A stretch of 63,992 nt of DNA, filler included, from Gonapodya sp. JEL0774 (GCA_027604505.1; 5 parts of 5 records of this genome joined end to end with filler, not necessarily neighbours in it), one strand, 5' to 3'. Shown: positions 28,333-41,873, counted from the whole stretch's first letter. The notes: a model not told the origin generated them from the letters alone. Numbers and translations: made by a program.

Positions 28333-28432
28333 NNNNNNNNNNNNNNNNNNNNNNNNNNNNNNNNNNNNNNNNNNNNTTAATTAATTAANNNNNNNNNNNN
28401 NNNNNNNNNNNNNNNNNNNNNNNNNNNNNNNN
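28333..28432. other. Artificial contig linker
   Basis: N44-TTAATTAATTAA-N44. Confidence 0.98.
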
Positions 28433-29371
28433 AGTTTGGCCAGGATGATGGAACCCCTGATGGCGGTGGCGACTTCCTTGGCACACTTGACGCCCAGACC
28501 GACGTGGCCCGCGCCGTCGCCGATGACGACAAAGGCCTGGATGTGGAGATGGGGGGAGAGGGTGAGATCGGGCGGATGAGAATAGGTCAAAGGTCGGATC
28601 ATCTCGCATATAAATCGATGACACATCGAGCCCACGGCATCATATAGCGCCTCCAGCTCATTGGGCCACGAGGGTCAGCGAGTGCCCGTCGGGACTATCT
28701 CGCCTCCGGCTCGATTGGAGGATCGCCTCCGGCTCGGTTAGGGCACTCGCTGACGCTCGTGTCTCGAGACCATCTCGCCTCCGGCTCGATGTACCCACCT
28801 TGAACCTGGTCCTCTGCCCAGCCCTCGTCTGCTTCTGGACGGGCATAATCTTCATGACCTCGTCCTTCAACTTTGGCAAGAAGAAATCCACAATCTGGTA
28901 CTCCTTGATGGGCAAAGAGTAGAGGTAGAGTTCCTCGATGGACTTGATCTTGCCCTCCTTGACGAGACGGCCGAGTTTGGTGACGGGTTGCCTGGACGGG
29001 AGTGGGAGGGGGGAAGAGAGGGTGGGTCAGGAAGGATGAGTAAGTGTGACCGCGGAACATATGGATCGCTGAACTCTCTCCCACGGCGGGACAAGCCCGC
29101 ATAGAATGGGCAAACTGGTCCATATGGGCCGATGAGGGTTTTAGATGGACGGTCCACATTGACCGCAGGATTCATTCGCCTCCGGCGGACTCTGCCCGTC
29201 GCTGACGCTTGGGTGAGGTCTGCCCATGGACACTCACCATTCCTCCTTCTTCTCCTCCCTCCCCCTTCCACCCCTTCCACCGCGTCCACCACGACCGCCC
29301 CTGTCGCCCCTTCCTCTCCCCCTTCCAAAGCCACCACGCCCACGACCTTCAGCAGGAGCAGCGTCCGCCAT
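28433..29371 (-). CDS. RPS2: 40S ribosomal protein S2 (uS5), 3'-truncated by contig end
   Basis: [19 protein letters not shown]-rich start; [68 protein letters not shown]. Confidence 0.97.
28623..28792 (-). repeat. Nested inverted repeats with repeated GCCGGAGGCGA motifs in RPS2 intron 2
   Basis: Outer stem 28623-28632/28783-28792; inner 21-bp stem 28667-28687/28741-28761 (1 mismatch); motif copies near 28700, 28723, 28775 and a degenerate one near 28647. Confidence 0.85.
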
Positions 29372-30004
29372 ACTTTTTGATAGGGGGGGTTAAGGGGGGA
29401 AGGTGGGGAAGGTGGGGATGGAAGAAGAGGGGAGTGGGGTCGGATGGGAGGTGCAGTATGGGGAAAGTGGGATCCATCCATCGGAACCGGTGAACAACAC
29501 AGGGAATGGAACAGGGAAATGCATTCAGGATGACATCATCTGTGTGCGGGTTTGAGTGGGCGCCCCCAACTCACGTAAAGTCGGTAGAGATGGGTGTGTG
29601 TTGAATGTGGGGAGAGAAGGGGTGTTTCGGGTGGGGTACACTGTGGGACCGTGCACCACCACAGTCCGACTCCTAGCGAGGATCAAGGTTGAAATGCTAG
29701 TATATCCAGCCTTGGTACATCAAGTAATCTTTTTTCGTCTCCACTTGCCCCGCGCTTTAATTGTTCGGGGTGACATGGTTCACCGACCACCATGAACAGA
29801 CACTACCGCACTCCCATGGGGTTCGATCCGGGTGTTTTGATGGACCGACCGGACTGACAGTGTGATGTTACTTGCATACCTTTTGACTGAAGCAGTACAT
29901 GGTTCTCCAGCGAAGACCTACTAGTACCGTACCCCCGACATTTACATACTGTAATGAATTAAGGGAATGAAATAACATGAGACATGACCGGGACCCCAAT
30001 AAGC

Positions 30005-31008
30005 CTACACCGCCATCTCATACACGTTCAGGACCTCAGACAGCCAATCATGTTCGCCCATTATTCTGGCCACCGCGGTCATTTTCTTCTTCTCCATAAA
30101 ATGGAACCGAAGAGTGTCCTCAGCCCGACTGGCATGCAGCTGCCCCTCCCACCAAGGGAGCACCTCCAAGGCCCTGCACATCTCCGACACCAAACGAATC
30201 ACCCGTCCTTCTTGTTGCAAGGTGTCCGGACTTGAGTTCTTGGGGTAAACATCGATTCGCCAGATTTTCCCGGGACCTGCCCGGTTCGGCGGCGGGCCGA
30301 CCGCGTGACAGAATCGACGGTAGTGGTCGTCCAGGCCCACAAAATAGGAAATTTCTTTGAGTGATTTCTGGGTGCCTGTTGTCGACAAAAGAGGGAGAGC
30401 GCAGGGCTGTATCTCAGAGAGCAGTCGAGAGACGAGTCGAGGTTGTTATTTTTGTTATCATTCGCTCACGCACTGTGTTTCCAGAACCACGTTTCCCATT
30501 TAAAACTGGAACTGATATTCTTCACTTGAGTGATAGGAGGCACGTAATCCGCATCCCCAGCGACCACCGCAAATATACAATGAGGGAAGTTGTTATCGTA
30601 TTTGGCCTGGTACCCCAGGGCCACCATCTGTGTGGTAAGATAAGTGTCCACGCGCTTCTCTTTGCCGGCCACATTTCGATCAAACACCTCGACGTGGATG
30701 AGACCTTCCTCCCGGCTGGTCCTGATTTTCTCCCACAGGGTGTCGTTCGCTGGTGGTCTGCTCCCAACAACAAAGACCTTTTGGACCTGCCTTGTACCCG
30801 CAATGGTGTCGATGAGCATTCCATGGTCGATTCGGAGGTTCTTGAACTGAAGCTTCAGACTGGTGGGGTCGTTGCTGCGGGTGTTGTTTCGATACCCGAC
30901 CAGGAGATGCTCGCCCACCGCATACTTGCCCTCGATGAAGAGGTTCGAGTTGTCGATGAAAATGTAAATCGGCACGGCAGGGGGCGTTTGTGCTGCTGTC
31001 CCGAGCAT
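30005..31008 (-). CDS. NYN-domain (LabA/DUF88, PIN-like) putative ribonuclease
   Basis: IYIFIDNSNLFIEGK, GSRPP, KEKRVDT, AVVAGDADYVPPI, WETWFW; one intron near 30390-30470. Confidence 0.85.
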
Positions 31009-32074
31009 GATGTATGAGGAGCAGAACAGAGAGTGGTTCCTTGGTTTGAATGTCACGGAACTCTGCAAACAAGCCATCAATGCGCCGCCTCACCCAGCCC
31101 TCACAAATACATATATTGGAGAATAAATAATCAATATCAAACATCCCCAAAAGAGATTCGACAGAAACCGACAACAACTTAGGGTTAGGGCGCCTAACCC
31201 CAATGTTGGGCGAGGAACGATTGTAGTCCATGAGCGGGGTGCGCCAACATGTCGAGGGCTCACTGGGCCGAACTGGACTGCCGGAACTCTGCATAAAGTA
31301 TGAAGAGTGTAGAATTCATTCCTGTCTTTGTCGTGAGACCAAAGTGAGAGCCAGCGAAATGAACGAGGGTGAAGTCATTTTCAGATCGAGGGTGTACGTT
31401 GAAATGGGACCGGCGTTCCGGACTTTATGTTTTGCATAGGGTAGGTGTCGTGATCTACGTGAGTTCTGGTTGGCTGTTAGCCGAGAGAATCGCGGGACAG
31501 GAGGAATATTTTCGGAAGGCCGTTGCAAGTTGTACGTATGGCATTGTCGAGGTACGTTTTTGTGGGTGGGGACCTATGTATAGTACAGCAACCCGATGCG
31601 TAACACGTGTATTTTGGGGTTCGAATCTGAGCAGTGTGACATTAAATCGCGAGGATTTAGCTGCAGGGAGCCGGGTACTTCACGAGAAAGAATAATACAA
31701 AGTTCGGCGTGGCTGGGAGCAGCATTGGGATCAATCGCCAACCGGGCAAGGAAGAAGGAACGAATGAGTTTTACTTGAATGGATATGTAGAGAAAACAAG
31801 GGCCGGGCATTGAGTTAGAAGGAAGCAAAGAGGGTAATGGGAGGATTGGGACCATGATTGATGGTAAATGGGGCTGAAGGCCGAGTACAGGAGTTGAGAG
31901 CAGCAGGGGGAGAAAGAACACGAAGGAACAGGAAAGAACAGAAAATGTAATCGATGAATACTAATTCTGGCAGAGGGAAGAGTCTGTGCAGTTGTGTGGA
32001 TCGAACGGCAAAACTCGCGAACCCGACCACCCTCGGCACTGACTGACTGGCACCAACCACCCCACTGCACGGCA

Positions 32075-34356
32075 ATGAGCACCCGCAATACGGGCACAGG
32101 CGACTCAGCGCGTCTGTCACCGTCGCCTTCACCGCCTTCACTTTCCGTGTCTTCTGTGTCTTCCCCACTTCCCATCAACTCCACTTCACATTCAATCTCA
32201 ACTCTCAACGCAACTCCATCTGCTTCTTCCACAAACTCACACATCCTCAACTGGGACACTCTTCGCAGACATGCACGACAACTCGAAAATGAATGCGAGG
32301 CGAAACTCGCTCAGTTCTCAAGACTCGCTGCTCAACTCTCTTACCCCTCCTACTCGGGCGCCTTCAACTCCTTCGCCAACGGGTCCTCAAACTACAATTC
32401 CCCATCGTCATTCTCCTCGTATAATCCATACGGATACGCTGGTGGCGGTGGTGGTGGCAGCGGGCGTCCCAACGGGCTGGCGTCAGCAACACATAACCAC
32501 CAGCCAAACGTCGCAGACCTCGACACACTCGAAAGAGAGCTCGAGGACAGACTCGATAAGGTAAGTTTGCTGACTGGGTCGTGGGGTCGGGGTCGGGTCG
32601 GACGGAGGGTTAGAGAGAGGGAGAGAGCGAGAGCCTCGTCGGTACAAGATCGGGTGACTCCCAACTTACGCGAGGAAGCCAGGACACGGGACCCACTCGA
32701 CTCTTCTCGATCGCGCGAGAGGCCGTTTCAGAACTGTTCTTTTGGGACACGTGGGCACGCACGCCGACACCACTTTGCCGGCCGTTTCGCCCCGTTTCCT
32801 CGACGAGTTCTCCGTTGGACAGAGTAGGGCTCGGACCTGTCCTTCCCCCCCCGCACCGAGAGCGTGCTCAAGAAACCTGCTCATCTCAATTTGTTTATTT
32901 CCTCACGTTTTTCGATTGATTCGGGGCTCCTCACGCTCCTCTATTCCGCCGTCACCTCTGACATCCACACCACACACGCCAAATAATACCCACACCTCAC
33001 ACTAGCTCTCATCAACCATAACGGCCATGTCCAACCTCTCCTCCCTCTCACCCTCACTTTCCCGCTCCCCCTCACCCTCGCCTTCCCTCAACTCCCTCTC
33101 TCCCACACCCTCCACCACCACTCCCACCCCCACACCCTCTTCCACCCACCTCCACGCCCTCACCCGCCACCGCGATATCCTCCACGACTTCCAAAAAGAG
33201 TTTGCCCGCACACGATCCACCGCCCGTGTGGCCCGCGATCGTGCCGCCCTCTTCTCCTCCTCCCACCCCTCCGCTTCAACTCCTTACACCACAGCAGATA
33301 CCGGTGCACCAAACGGTACCGGTACCGGGTCCGAGTACATGCTCACAGAACGCAATCGGATCGACGGGGCCAATAGGGCCGGCGACGACGTGGTCAGAAG
33401 GGCGGTGGAGGCGAAGGAGGAGTTGGACAAGCAGAAGGGGGTGTTGAGGGGGGCTCATGGGAGGGTCGGGGGGGTGGGAGGTACGTGGGAGGAAGGGGGT
33501 TGGGGTGTGTGGGCTCAAGAGAATGGAATCGGGGCACGTTGATGCGTCGCCTCGCACACCGCGGATTCAAGGGATGTTGGAATGGATTGAGCAGGTCCCG
33601 ACCGCCGCTCGCTGCGGAGACCGGTACTGGGACGTGATTTGGTTGTGTGACCGGATCACCTCCGAAGTGTTGCGTGCCCTGTACGAAGCGGGATGGCCCG
33701 ACGGGACAGGATCGACAACAGACACGTGGGTCTTTGTTATCACTGCGACGGTGCACGCGGTAAGAAAGGATACTCGACAGAGTGGGGGGACTGGGCGGTG
33801 GCGAGGCGCATGACAGGGGCGGGGTGGGGACCGGGTGCAATCGCGGCTGCGGGTGGACGGAGAGACGGGGAGACTAACGCGTTTGTGCGTGCGTGCGAGG
33901 GCCGGGGGTGCCTTACTGTGTGCGTGTGGGCGGTTGAGTGTGCCCGTCGGGCCGATACTCTCAGTGTTTTGGATCGGTCGGGGGTTTCTTGCACATGACG
34001 GCGAGAGCACGGGTGCAGGGTTGACGAGGGTTTCGCCTTTTTTTTCTTTTATATTTTGATCGATCAGGGGTGGCGGATCGTATCTCATCCCGTCTGAGCC
34101 TCACTGACACCCCCCGCACCCCCTCTCGTTTCCCCCGCCCGCCCGCGCCCGTCCCTTCTCCTTCTCCTCCTTCCCCTTCCCAACCACCCCTCTCACCGCA
34201 CTACAACGCCAACCTCCCCCCACACCTCCAGCCCGCCTCCCCACCCTCCTCTCCCTCGTGTCGTCCATCTCTTCCAAAAAGCGCCGGGACCAGATGGTCC
34301 TCGGTGGATTGACGGGTGTCCTGAGCTTTTTGTTGCTCTTGTGGATGTTTCGGTGA
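32075..34356 (+). CDS. GOS1: Golgi Qb-SNARE GOS1/GOSR1
   Basis: WDTLRRHARQLENECEAKLAQFSRL, LTRHRDILHDFQKEFARTR, EYMLTERNRID; last exon ..KKRRDQMVLGGLTGVLSFLLLLWMFR* (tail anchor). Confidence 0.9.
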
Positions 34357-35496
34357 GGAGAGGGTGGCGGCGGGCATGGGGGTTTGGGCGGGATGGGAGG
34401 ATGGGGAAGTGGAACGTGGGGGGATCAGTGGAGGAGTGAGGGAGGAAGGGGAATACTGTGGGATAATGGACACAAGGGAGTACAGATGGTGAGGGTTCGT
34501 GGTGATGGAGCCTNNNNNNNNNNCGGGTGCGTGCCCGAGCACGACAAAGTCAACCAGGTAGAGGGTCTCCAGGGTCAAGTGCTGGCTGACATGTGGTACG
34601 GTGAGACCCGGGCACGCCGGTACGGGGAGAGGGTGGGAGCGGCGGTATGCAGGCACCGGTGGGACTGGACGCGCGAGCCGGTCGGGGTGGTCGGTTCGGG
34701 GAAGGCATGGGAAGTGGTAGGTGGGAGGGTGGATGGTGGGAGCCTGGGCGGGGCACGGGGGGTGGAGGTGCCGGTGTGAATTTTGATGTCCACGGATGGT
34801 GGGAGATATATTCGGTAGACATTGGACAGTACGTTTTGTACTGTATTACGATATCAACACTCGTGACTTGCCGGGCGTGGGGGCTTCCATCAGGTCTGTG
34901 TCGCATGTTCACGTAGAGAAGTACCACGCTGGTCGCTGTCACGCTGGCAGGTGGACCTGATCACCTCATCAAACACGTGCCAGCCTTCCCGCCTGGGCGT
35001 CGGCGCTCCGTGCACACTGACCACACAGGAGAACGGTAAAGCACGTTCTTTGCGAAATGGCGGGTTGGTGAACGGTGGGTTGGTTATATCCCGGACCGGT
35101 ATGTCGGTGAAGGTGCATGGCGGACAGGAGGAGACGGTTCGAGTGGGCGGAGTTTTCGGTGCAACAGATGTGAAATGCGCAGGCAGAATGAGCTGTTTTG
35201 CGGCCTTAATGTGTGGACCTGCCTTGTCAAACGAGGGACAGAGCTTACCAATGGTGGGTGTTCGAGAAGACAAGGTCAAGCGCATTGCGCGGCTATCAAT
35301 TGTGCACGGAGCTCATGTGGATCTGAATAGAGAGTCAAAAGCCAAAGAGAAGTGGGATCACAACGAACATGATTGTGACAAGATAGGATAGTCGATACTT
35401 GAGGATCGTCCGTCGCCCGTCACACGCGGGCAATCCCCCATGGCCCAGAACATTACACCACGCAAAAAAGCAAGGAGTACATCTGCATCTCAAGTT

Positions 35497-36256
35497 TCAT
35501 AGCACACAGCAACAGGCATCAGTCGCTGCAGGGTGTGTCCCAAGCAGGCCCCTCAGCAGATGGCAAGAGCGAGGATACAGGGGAACGGGCTTCATAAACG
35601 ACGGCCAGCTCTCGGGTGTGTGGTGCTTCTGCGCCCAATTTAAGCAGAGAAGTTGGCCTAGCGCGGGGCGGTTGCTGAGGCAGAATTGGAACACCTCCGC
35701 ACTCATGTGAATGTCCTCTGAAGGCAGATTCAAGTGCCATTTGTGCACGTCCTCAGTGAGACTGACGGAACAATAATAGTGAATTGTGAGGAGCGGACGG
35801 AGTGATGTTCTCGCAAATGGTTGAAACGGAGCAAGTAAAGACAATTACAAGGGGCATTCTGGAGGCACGCCTTGAGCTCACAGACAGAGCATCATGTATG
35901 TTGCAGATTATGATCGAGTAGAGCTTGGCGAGATGGAGGCAAGGCGCGACATGTCGCGGTTGAATCGCTTGCAGAAGTGGAACGTGGTGTTGCTCGAAAA
36001 CGACGCTCAAGTTCAATTCCTGCAAACACTCCAACAACAAAGAAAAATGCCGATAGAATTGAATGATGCGGGATTGAGCTCGGGGAGAGTAGTAATGTCC
36101 TTGCAAAACGAGGAGCTCGTCCCAGGACTGACTAGGCGATGCACCAAACTCAGACAACGAACTCAGAGACATCAGTGCGGACCTTTGGAAATCTTCCTGG
36201 TTCCCAAGTCTGGCCGCTAACCGCCCTTCGAAACTGGTGTCGAGTTTGTTGTCCAC
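35497..36256 (-). CDS. Hypothetical multi-exon protein (boundaries uncertain)
   Basis: Two helical-looking ORFs (35753-36256, 35497-35844) with a plausible intron between them; no recognised domain. Confidence 0.3.
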
Positions 36257-37069
36257 GCAAGGTGAATCGTTGGGTTCTTATGCCACGTACTCGAACGGCT
36301 GATTCGCATCGAAACCAACTTTGAAAAGCCACAATGGTCGACGATGTCCACCGCTCTTGCCTTGTTTCTGCAAGAGCCGATGCTTCTCGAAGGAGGCGCC
36401 GATGCGAATCATTGGCGATCGAGAACGTAATCAGCGGGTCAGCTATGTGCAACAAGGGGGATTCACCGCAGCAGACCACAACAGCTGCTGTACACGCGGC
36501 GCCTGTTCGTTTGCAAAGGTTTCTGCCAGTTGAATGTAAAGTGTGCTTGCCAACGGTTCGGGTTGGGGCACGTTTTCGCTTTCTGCGTTGGCTTCGGCAC
36601 GCCACAACTCATCGAATCCAAAAGGCTCAGCAGGTCCGAAAAAATCGTGTAAATTAGCAGCGTGGATATTTCATATGCAATACCGAGTATAGCAGAGTGT
36701 TTTCGTGAACAGTTGCTTGCTCCAATACTCCTCAGTCTGCTCTCCACTTTCCCACTTCCTCATGAACGCGGGATACCGGGGAAACGGCGGAATGCGGTCG
36801 TCAATGTCTTCTATCTATTTTACAGTAACGCACCGTGGATGGCACTGGGATGTGGATCAGAAGCAAGGAGAATCATTGGTCTACCGGACGTGCAATAAAG
36901 CCGTTTTTCACAACATGGAGTTTCGTGGAGTTCCGACATGCCGACGATGAAAAGCGAGAAGGGAGCACCAAAATATTCAGTCGGGTCACAATGAACCCGC
37001 CCCGGGAAACTTGCAAAACGTTGAAACCCTGCATGTCACCCACTGCAACATCCCCACACGCGATCCAAA

Positions 37070-38190
37070 ATGACTTTCTCGTTCGTAATCCCGACCATCG
37101 ACGTCTCTGTCCTCCGCAACCCCACACCCTCCCCATCTGACCTTGCCGCCCTCGCCGCTCAAATCCGCGCCGCATGTGTCACTTCAGGTTTCTTCCAAAT
37201 TATCAACCACACCATGGATCCCGAACTTGTCTCCAAGACCTTTTCGTACTCCCAGAAATTCTTTGCCCTGCCCCTGGAATCCAAACTCGCCGCAGCAGGG
37301 CAGATGTCCGGATATGAGCCCATGGGTTCTAACGCAGCCGCGAAGGGCACTCTGCCTGACATGAAAGAGAGCTACTTTGTGGGTGAGGAGGGCGCGACCA
37401 TTGCTGATATGGGTATTGGTGGGAATGTGTGGCCGACAGATCGTGAGTGTTTGATGATCATTTGATATTGTTGCAAAGCTTGACTCCAAAACTGATTCCA
37501 TCTGTTATCAACGCTAGCGTCCCTCCCACAAGACTTCAAATCCACGATCCTCTCCTACCGATCTCAAGTCCAAGCCCTCTCCTTCAAACTCTACAGTCTG
37601 ATAGCCCTATCACTCGACCTGCCGGCTGACTTCTTCGACGACTTTCTGAAGGGTGATAAGTCGGCGGCACGGTTTTTGCACTACCCACCTACGCCCCAGG
37701 ATGTGGGTGGGAGGCAGAAGGGGATCGGAGCTCATACAGGTGAGGGTCAAATTGAGAAGACTTCACTAACAGTGTGCGCCGCGTACATTCAGACTACGGC
37801 GGCCTGACCCTTCTCATTCAGGACGGTGTTGGGGGCCTTCAGATCCACCCCACTGGCAACTTGGAGGACGACAACTTGTGGCAAGACGTACCGCCCATCA
37901 CCACATCCCCCGGCAGGCCACCGGCCATCGTCTGCAACATTGGGGACTTTCTCCAACTCTGGACTAATGGTCTCTACCGGTCAACCGTGCACCGCGTTAT
38001 CAATCTCTCCGGGCAAGATAGGTACAGTATTGCGTACTTTGCGAATGGAGGATTGGAGAATGAGGTGGAGCCGATCGACAAGTGTGTGGAATTGACGGGT
38101 GGAAAGAAGCTGTTTGACAAGGTTACGGCGAAGAAGCATATTTTCGGAAGGTTTAAGCAGAGTTATGTGGATGCGCAGAAGTCGACGTAG
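37070..38190 (+). CDS. 2-oxoglutarate/Fe(II) dioxygenase (IPNS/DIOX_N-like)
   Basis: IPTIDVS, ACVTSGFFQIINH, PDMKESY, RFLHYP, GAHT|DYGGLTLLIQD (HxD), STVHRV, RYSIAYF. Confidence 0.93.
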
Positions 38191-38564
38191 ATCTGAAAAA
38201 CTTAACTTGTGTGACAGAGATTGTATAAAATGTTGCTCGACCTGACTCTCGTCTCTATCTTGACATATCCGAACTGTACCTGCCCCAGTGTCCCACTGTT
38301 CACCTCCCTTGCCCTGATCCGGGCCCCCCACCTGCTCCAAACACCTCCGTCTCTGTTCCCATCCTCCCACTCCCACTCCCAGTTCCTGCCCCGCCACCTC
38401 CACCAAACCTCCCCACCCCGTAACCTCCTCCCACACTGTACCCACCGCCTCTTGCCTCCAAACCCCGCGCGGGCCACGTGCCTGAAGGTTGTGGCGACGG
38501 TCCTGTGGGGAACCTTGACCGCTGTGGTGGCCTGGTGGGCTAGCGACGTCGCCATAGAACTGGG

Positions 38565-40078
38565 ATGAGAGAGGTGGTGTGGTGGGGACAGGGCGAAACG
38601 GGTTTGAGGGTGGAGGTGCTGGGGCGAGATTAAGGCGGGTGTCGTAGCGGTGTGTGGAGGAGGGTGGGTTGAGTGGGAGTTGAGAGAGGACAGTGTGGTC
38701 GCGGGTGTCGCTGACGCAGGCCATAGGGAACGCGCCCGAGGTACTCGTACAGGTGTTCAGTCCCTAAATGAACAGTGGGAAGTGCGTGGGGGTTAATGAT
38801 CAATGCGGTAGAGATTATTGACAAACGGTGTGGAGATGACAAACAACATGCACTCACCGATCCCCACCCGTCCGCGAACTCCAAATTCACAAACACTGCA
38901 TCCCCCACTGTGATGTTCAATTCATCCGTGTCCTGTGCTTCAAAGTCTGCAATGGCGTACATGAGCCGCTGAACTGTAATGGGTGGCTGGGGTTCACGAG
39001 GTGGGGGAGAAGGTGGGAGGGGCGCGAGCTGGGTGCGGAGGGTCCCAACTTCACGTTCCAGCGCTGCATTTTTGGTGGAGAGGGTGCGGTTTTCTGTGGA
39101 GAGAGTGCGGTTTTCTGTAGAGAGAGTGCGGTTCTCCGCGGAGAGAGTGTGGTTTTCAGTCTGGAGGTCCTGGATTCCTGCTTCCAGAGTTGTGTTCCGT
39201 GCTTCAATGACTAAGTTCCTCCTCTGCAATTCTTCTGCGTTACTTTCAGCTTTTGCCGTCCTCACAGAAAGCTCCTCATTCCGCCTCTTCACTTGATCCA
39301 ACTCTGCACGTAGCTCCCTATTTTCGCGATCCTTGTCCGTGAGAAGAGTGAGAAGGACTTCAGTCGGTTGAGACGATGAAGAAGGTGCTGTGGTAGGTGG
39401 AGAAGAAGGTTGGGGGCGGGATGAGACTGGAGTGGGAGGGTTGGATTGAGGATCTTGGAGGGCTTGTAGGAATTGAGTGTCAGGAAGTTCGCGAGCAGCG
39501 TCGAGTTCCCTCTGGGTGACCACAGCCCCGTGAGAGAGGAGGAGGCAGACGATGGGGAGGGAAGGGCGAAGAGTGAAGGGCTCTACGAAGGCGTCCTTGG
39601 CCTCTTTGGGATCGATCAACAGGACGTTTCCACCCTTGAGACTGATGACGAGTTGGTTGTCAGGGTTTGGTGCATCCTCTGTGTAGCCGTGCCACCACGT
39701 CCACTCCCCTCCCCTCGCCACCGCCAGCGTCAGGGCACAAAGGAACAAACACGTCCGCAGCCAACGCTCCCTGTCCCAATCGTCCGCAGCCCACGATGGC
39801 CAGAGGTTCGCAAGTTTCCATTCACACACCCCGTTCGGATCGGCGCCTCCTTCCAGCAACGCCTTCACAACGTCCTCATGTGCATGCAGAATGCCCAACG
39901 CCAACACAGATTCGCACTCCACAGTGTCCGTTCTCCTCTCCCAAAATCCGATCTGGCGGCTCAACGTCACCCGCTTCCTGGAGTTCGGGTTCGCTCCTTC
40001 CGCTAGAAGCTGCCGGACCCGCTGACTTTGCCCGTTCTCCACGGCCTCGATCAACTGGATGTCGTGAGGAGTAGACAT
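38565..40078 (-). CDS. Ankyrin-repeat / coiled-coil / SH3 protein (3' end uncertain)
   Basis: LIEAVENGQSQRVRQLLAEGANPN, LGILHAHEDVVKALLEGGADPN; coiled coil; SH3 MYAIADFEAQDTDELNITVGDAVFVNLEFADGWG|..GAFPMACV. Confidence 0.8.
39070..39160 (-). repeat. Coding 21-bp tandem repeat, ~4 copies (heptad TLSTENR)
   Basis: GTGGAGAGAGTGCGGTTTTCT-like units. Confidence 0.9.
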
Positions 40079-41873
40079 GGCCGCTGTCGTTCGGATTGAT
40101 TGTCGTGATGCTTTGCTTTGTTTGCGTTTCGGGTTTGCGCTGTGACCAGCTGCGCCATCTGTTTGTGCGGACTTTCCAAACACTGCCACGAGGAACGATG
40201 GGAGCCTGTACGTTCTTGGTATATTCTCTTTATTGTATTGCGTACATAATACAAACGTGTCCGCTATTCCTGCTCCCGGGGTTGGTGCCACTCCAAACGT
40301 ACTTCCTGCTTCCTCCCCATTTGCCCTGCCTCCAACACGCTCTATCCCCCGGGGACCGCACAACGCAGAAGTCACCAACTTCAGTTTTCACCACCCTCCA
40401 GCCATCCCCCCGTACCCCCTTGAGCATCCCCCTCGCGCCACCCCTGGTGCCCCCCACGCACCACGTCCCTTGCGGCCGCCCCTCGCACCCCTCCTCACAA
40501 ACTGCCTCACGCGCCATCTCCACACCCGCCTCGGCAACCCGTGCCCCGCCCCCCTCCCCCCCCTGTCAGCGCTCCCGTCCCAGACCGCCCAGTCTCTCCT
40601 TTCACATCCCCCTTGCTCCCCCACCGCACAACGCACCTGCATCCCCCGCCGCTGTTCCAAATGCCCGAATTTCCGTGCTTGTCACTAGCTCTCCTCCTGC
40701 CCCCTGCTCAGACATGTCCCGCCCCATATAATATCGGTAGTGCTGCGTGATGGACCTGCTCCTTGACCGTTTCGGCACAACAGCCAGCAACTCACCTCCC
40801 ATGGGCCATGATGGGACATTCTTTTCGCCAACCACCGTGTTGGTCGTCCCTGAGCTCCCTGTCCGTGATATCCATTGCTGGTTTTCTTTCGTGGTCCTTT
40901 CCCGTAGGGCCTGCTACTCCACTCCGCTCCCCAGCGTGCTCCCCCGCCTCCCTATATCCCCGTATGTGTTGCTCCCAATACGAGGTCTCCACCAAAATAT
41001 GCCGTGTTCCTTTCTATACGTTTCATCCAAAAGGAGTGCAGCGTTCGCGAGCCATTGAACCCTCAAATGAAACCTACGGAATCCGTACCGCGCTCACCTC
41101 CACCTTCTTACCGCCCCTTATCCCTCACACACTCACAGTGGTCCCCCTCTCAGTTCCCGTTTCTGACTCCGTTTCTCCTTTGGCGTCCCGTTTCCAGGTC
41201 TCCTCGGTTCACGGTACAAATGGGCGGAGTTGACCGAATGGTACCGGCGGTGACGAAGTTGTGACAGTGCGCGTGACGGCGACCACGAGGAAAGGTGGTG
41301 ACTGAACGAGGGGAACATCCGCGGGTAGGGGGGCACGGATCTTTCTTTCGTCCAACGTGCGGAAGGTGGGGAGCGGCCGTTGTGGCAACTGAGACCGTCA
41401 TAAGGAAAATACATTAAAACGTACCCCCTGGCGTGTACCATGCTCTCAACATTCACTCGGATCGCTTGCTGTCCGCCCATTCCGAACCACCACGTTTCCT
41501 CCTCAGTTCTGGGCCCTTCCCAGGGTTCGCACCACCGCATGTTCTGCCACTCGTGGCGGCGCTGAGGTTTGAATGTACTCACCTTCGCCACTGCTCCTCG
41601 GCGCCAACAAGCCGCATCCGGGCTCTTCGTCACTACCTGGCCGCAGTGACGTGGTTCACCCTCGACAACTCGGACCTAGCGGTGACGGATCCGGCAGACG
41701 GGTAGATCGATATTGCTGAGGAGGAGTGGAGAAGGATCAGTGTCAGAGAGAGCAAAGGGGAAGGGATGTGCGTGATTGTGCAAGTGGGTGAGCCACACTG
41801 TGAGGAAAGCTATCACGGTTCACGGTGTTTAACTCACCTGTTGATTCGCTGATTGTGTCGTGTCCACGTAACC

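Noticed and set aside
29815..29835. GGTTCGATCC B-box, possible tRNA
   Set aside because: No cloverleaf or acceptor stem could be formed around it.
40096..41705. Numerous Pro/Arg-rich ORFs
   Set aside because: Low-complexity GC-rich or antisense frames with no recognisable domain.
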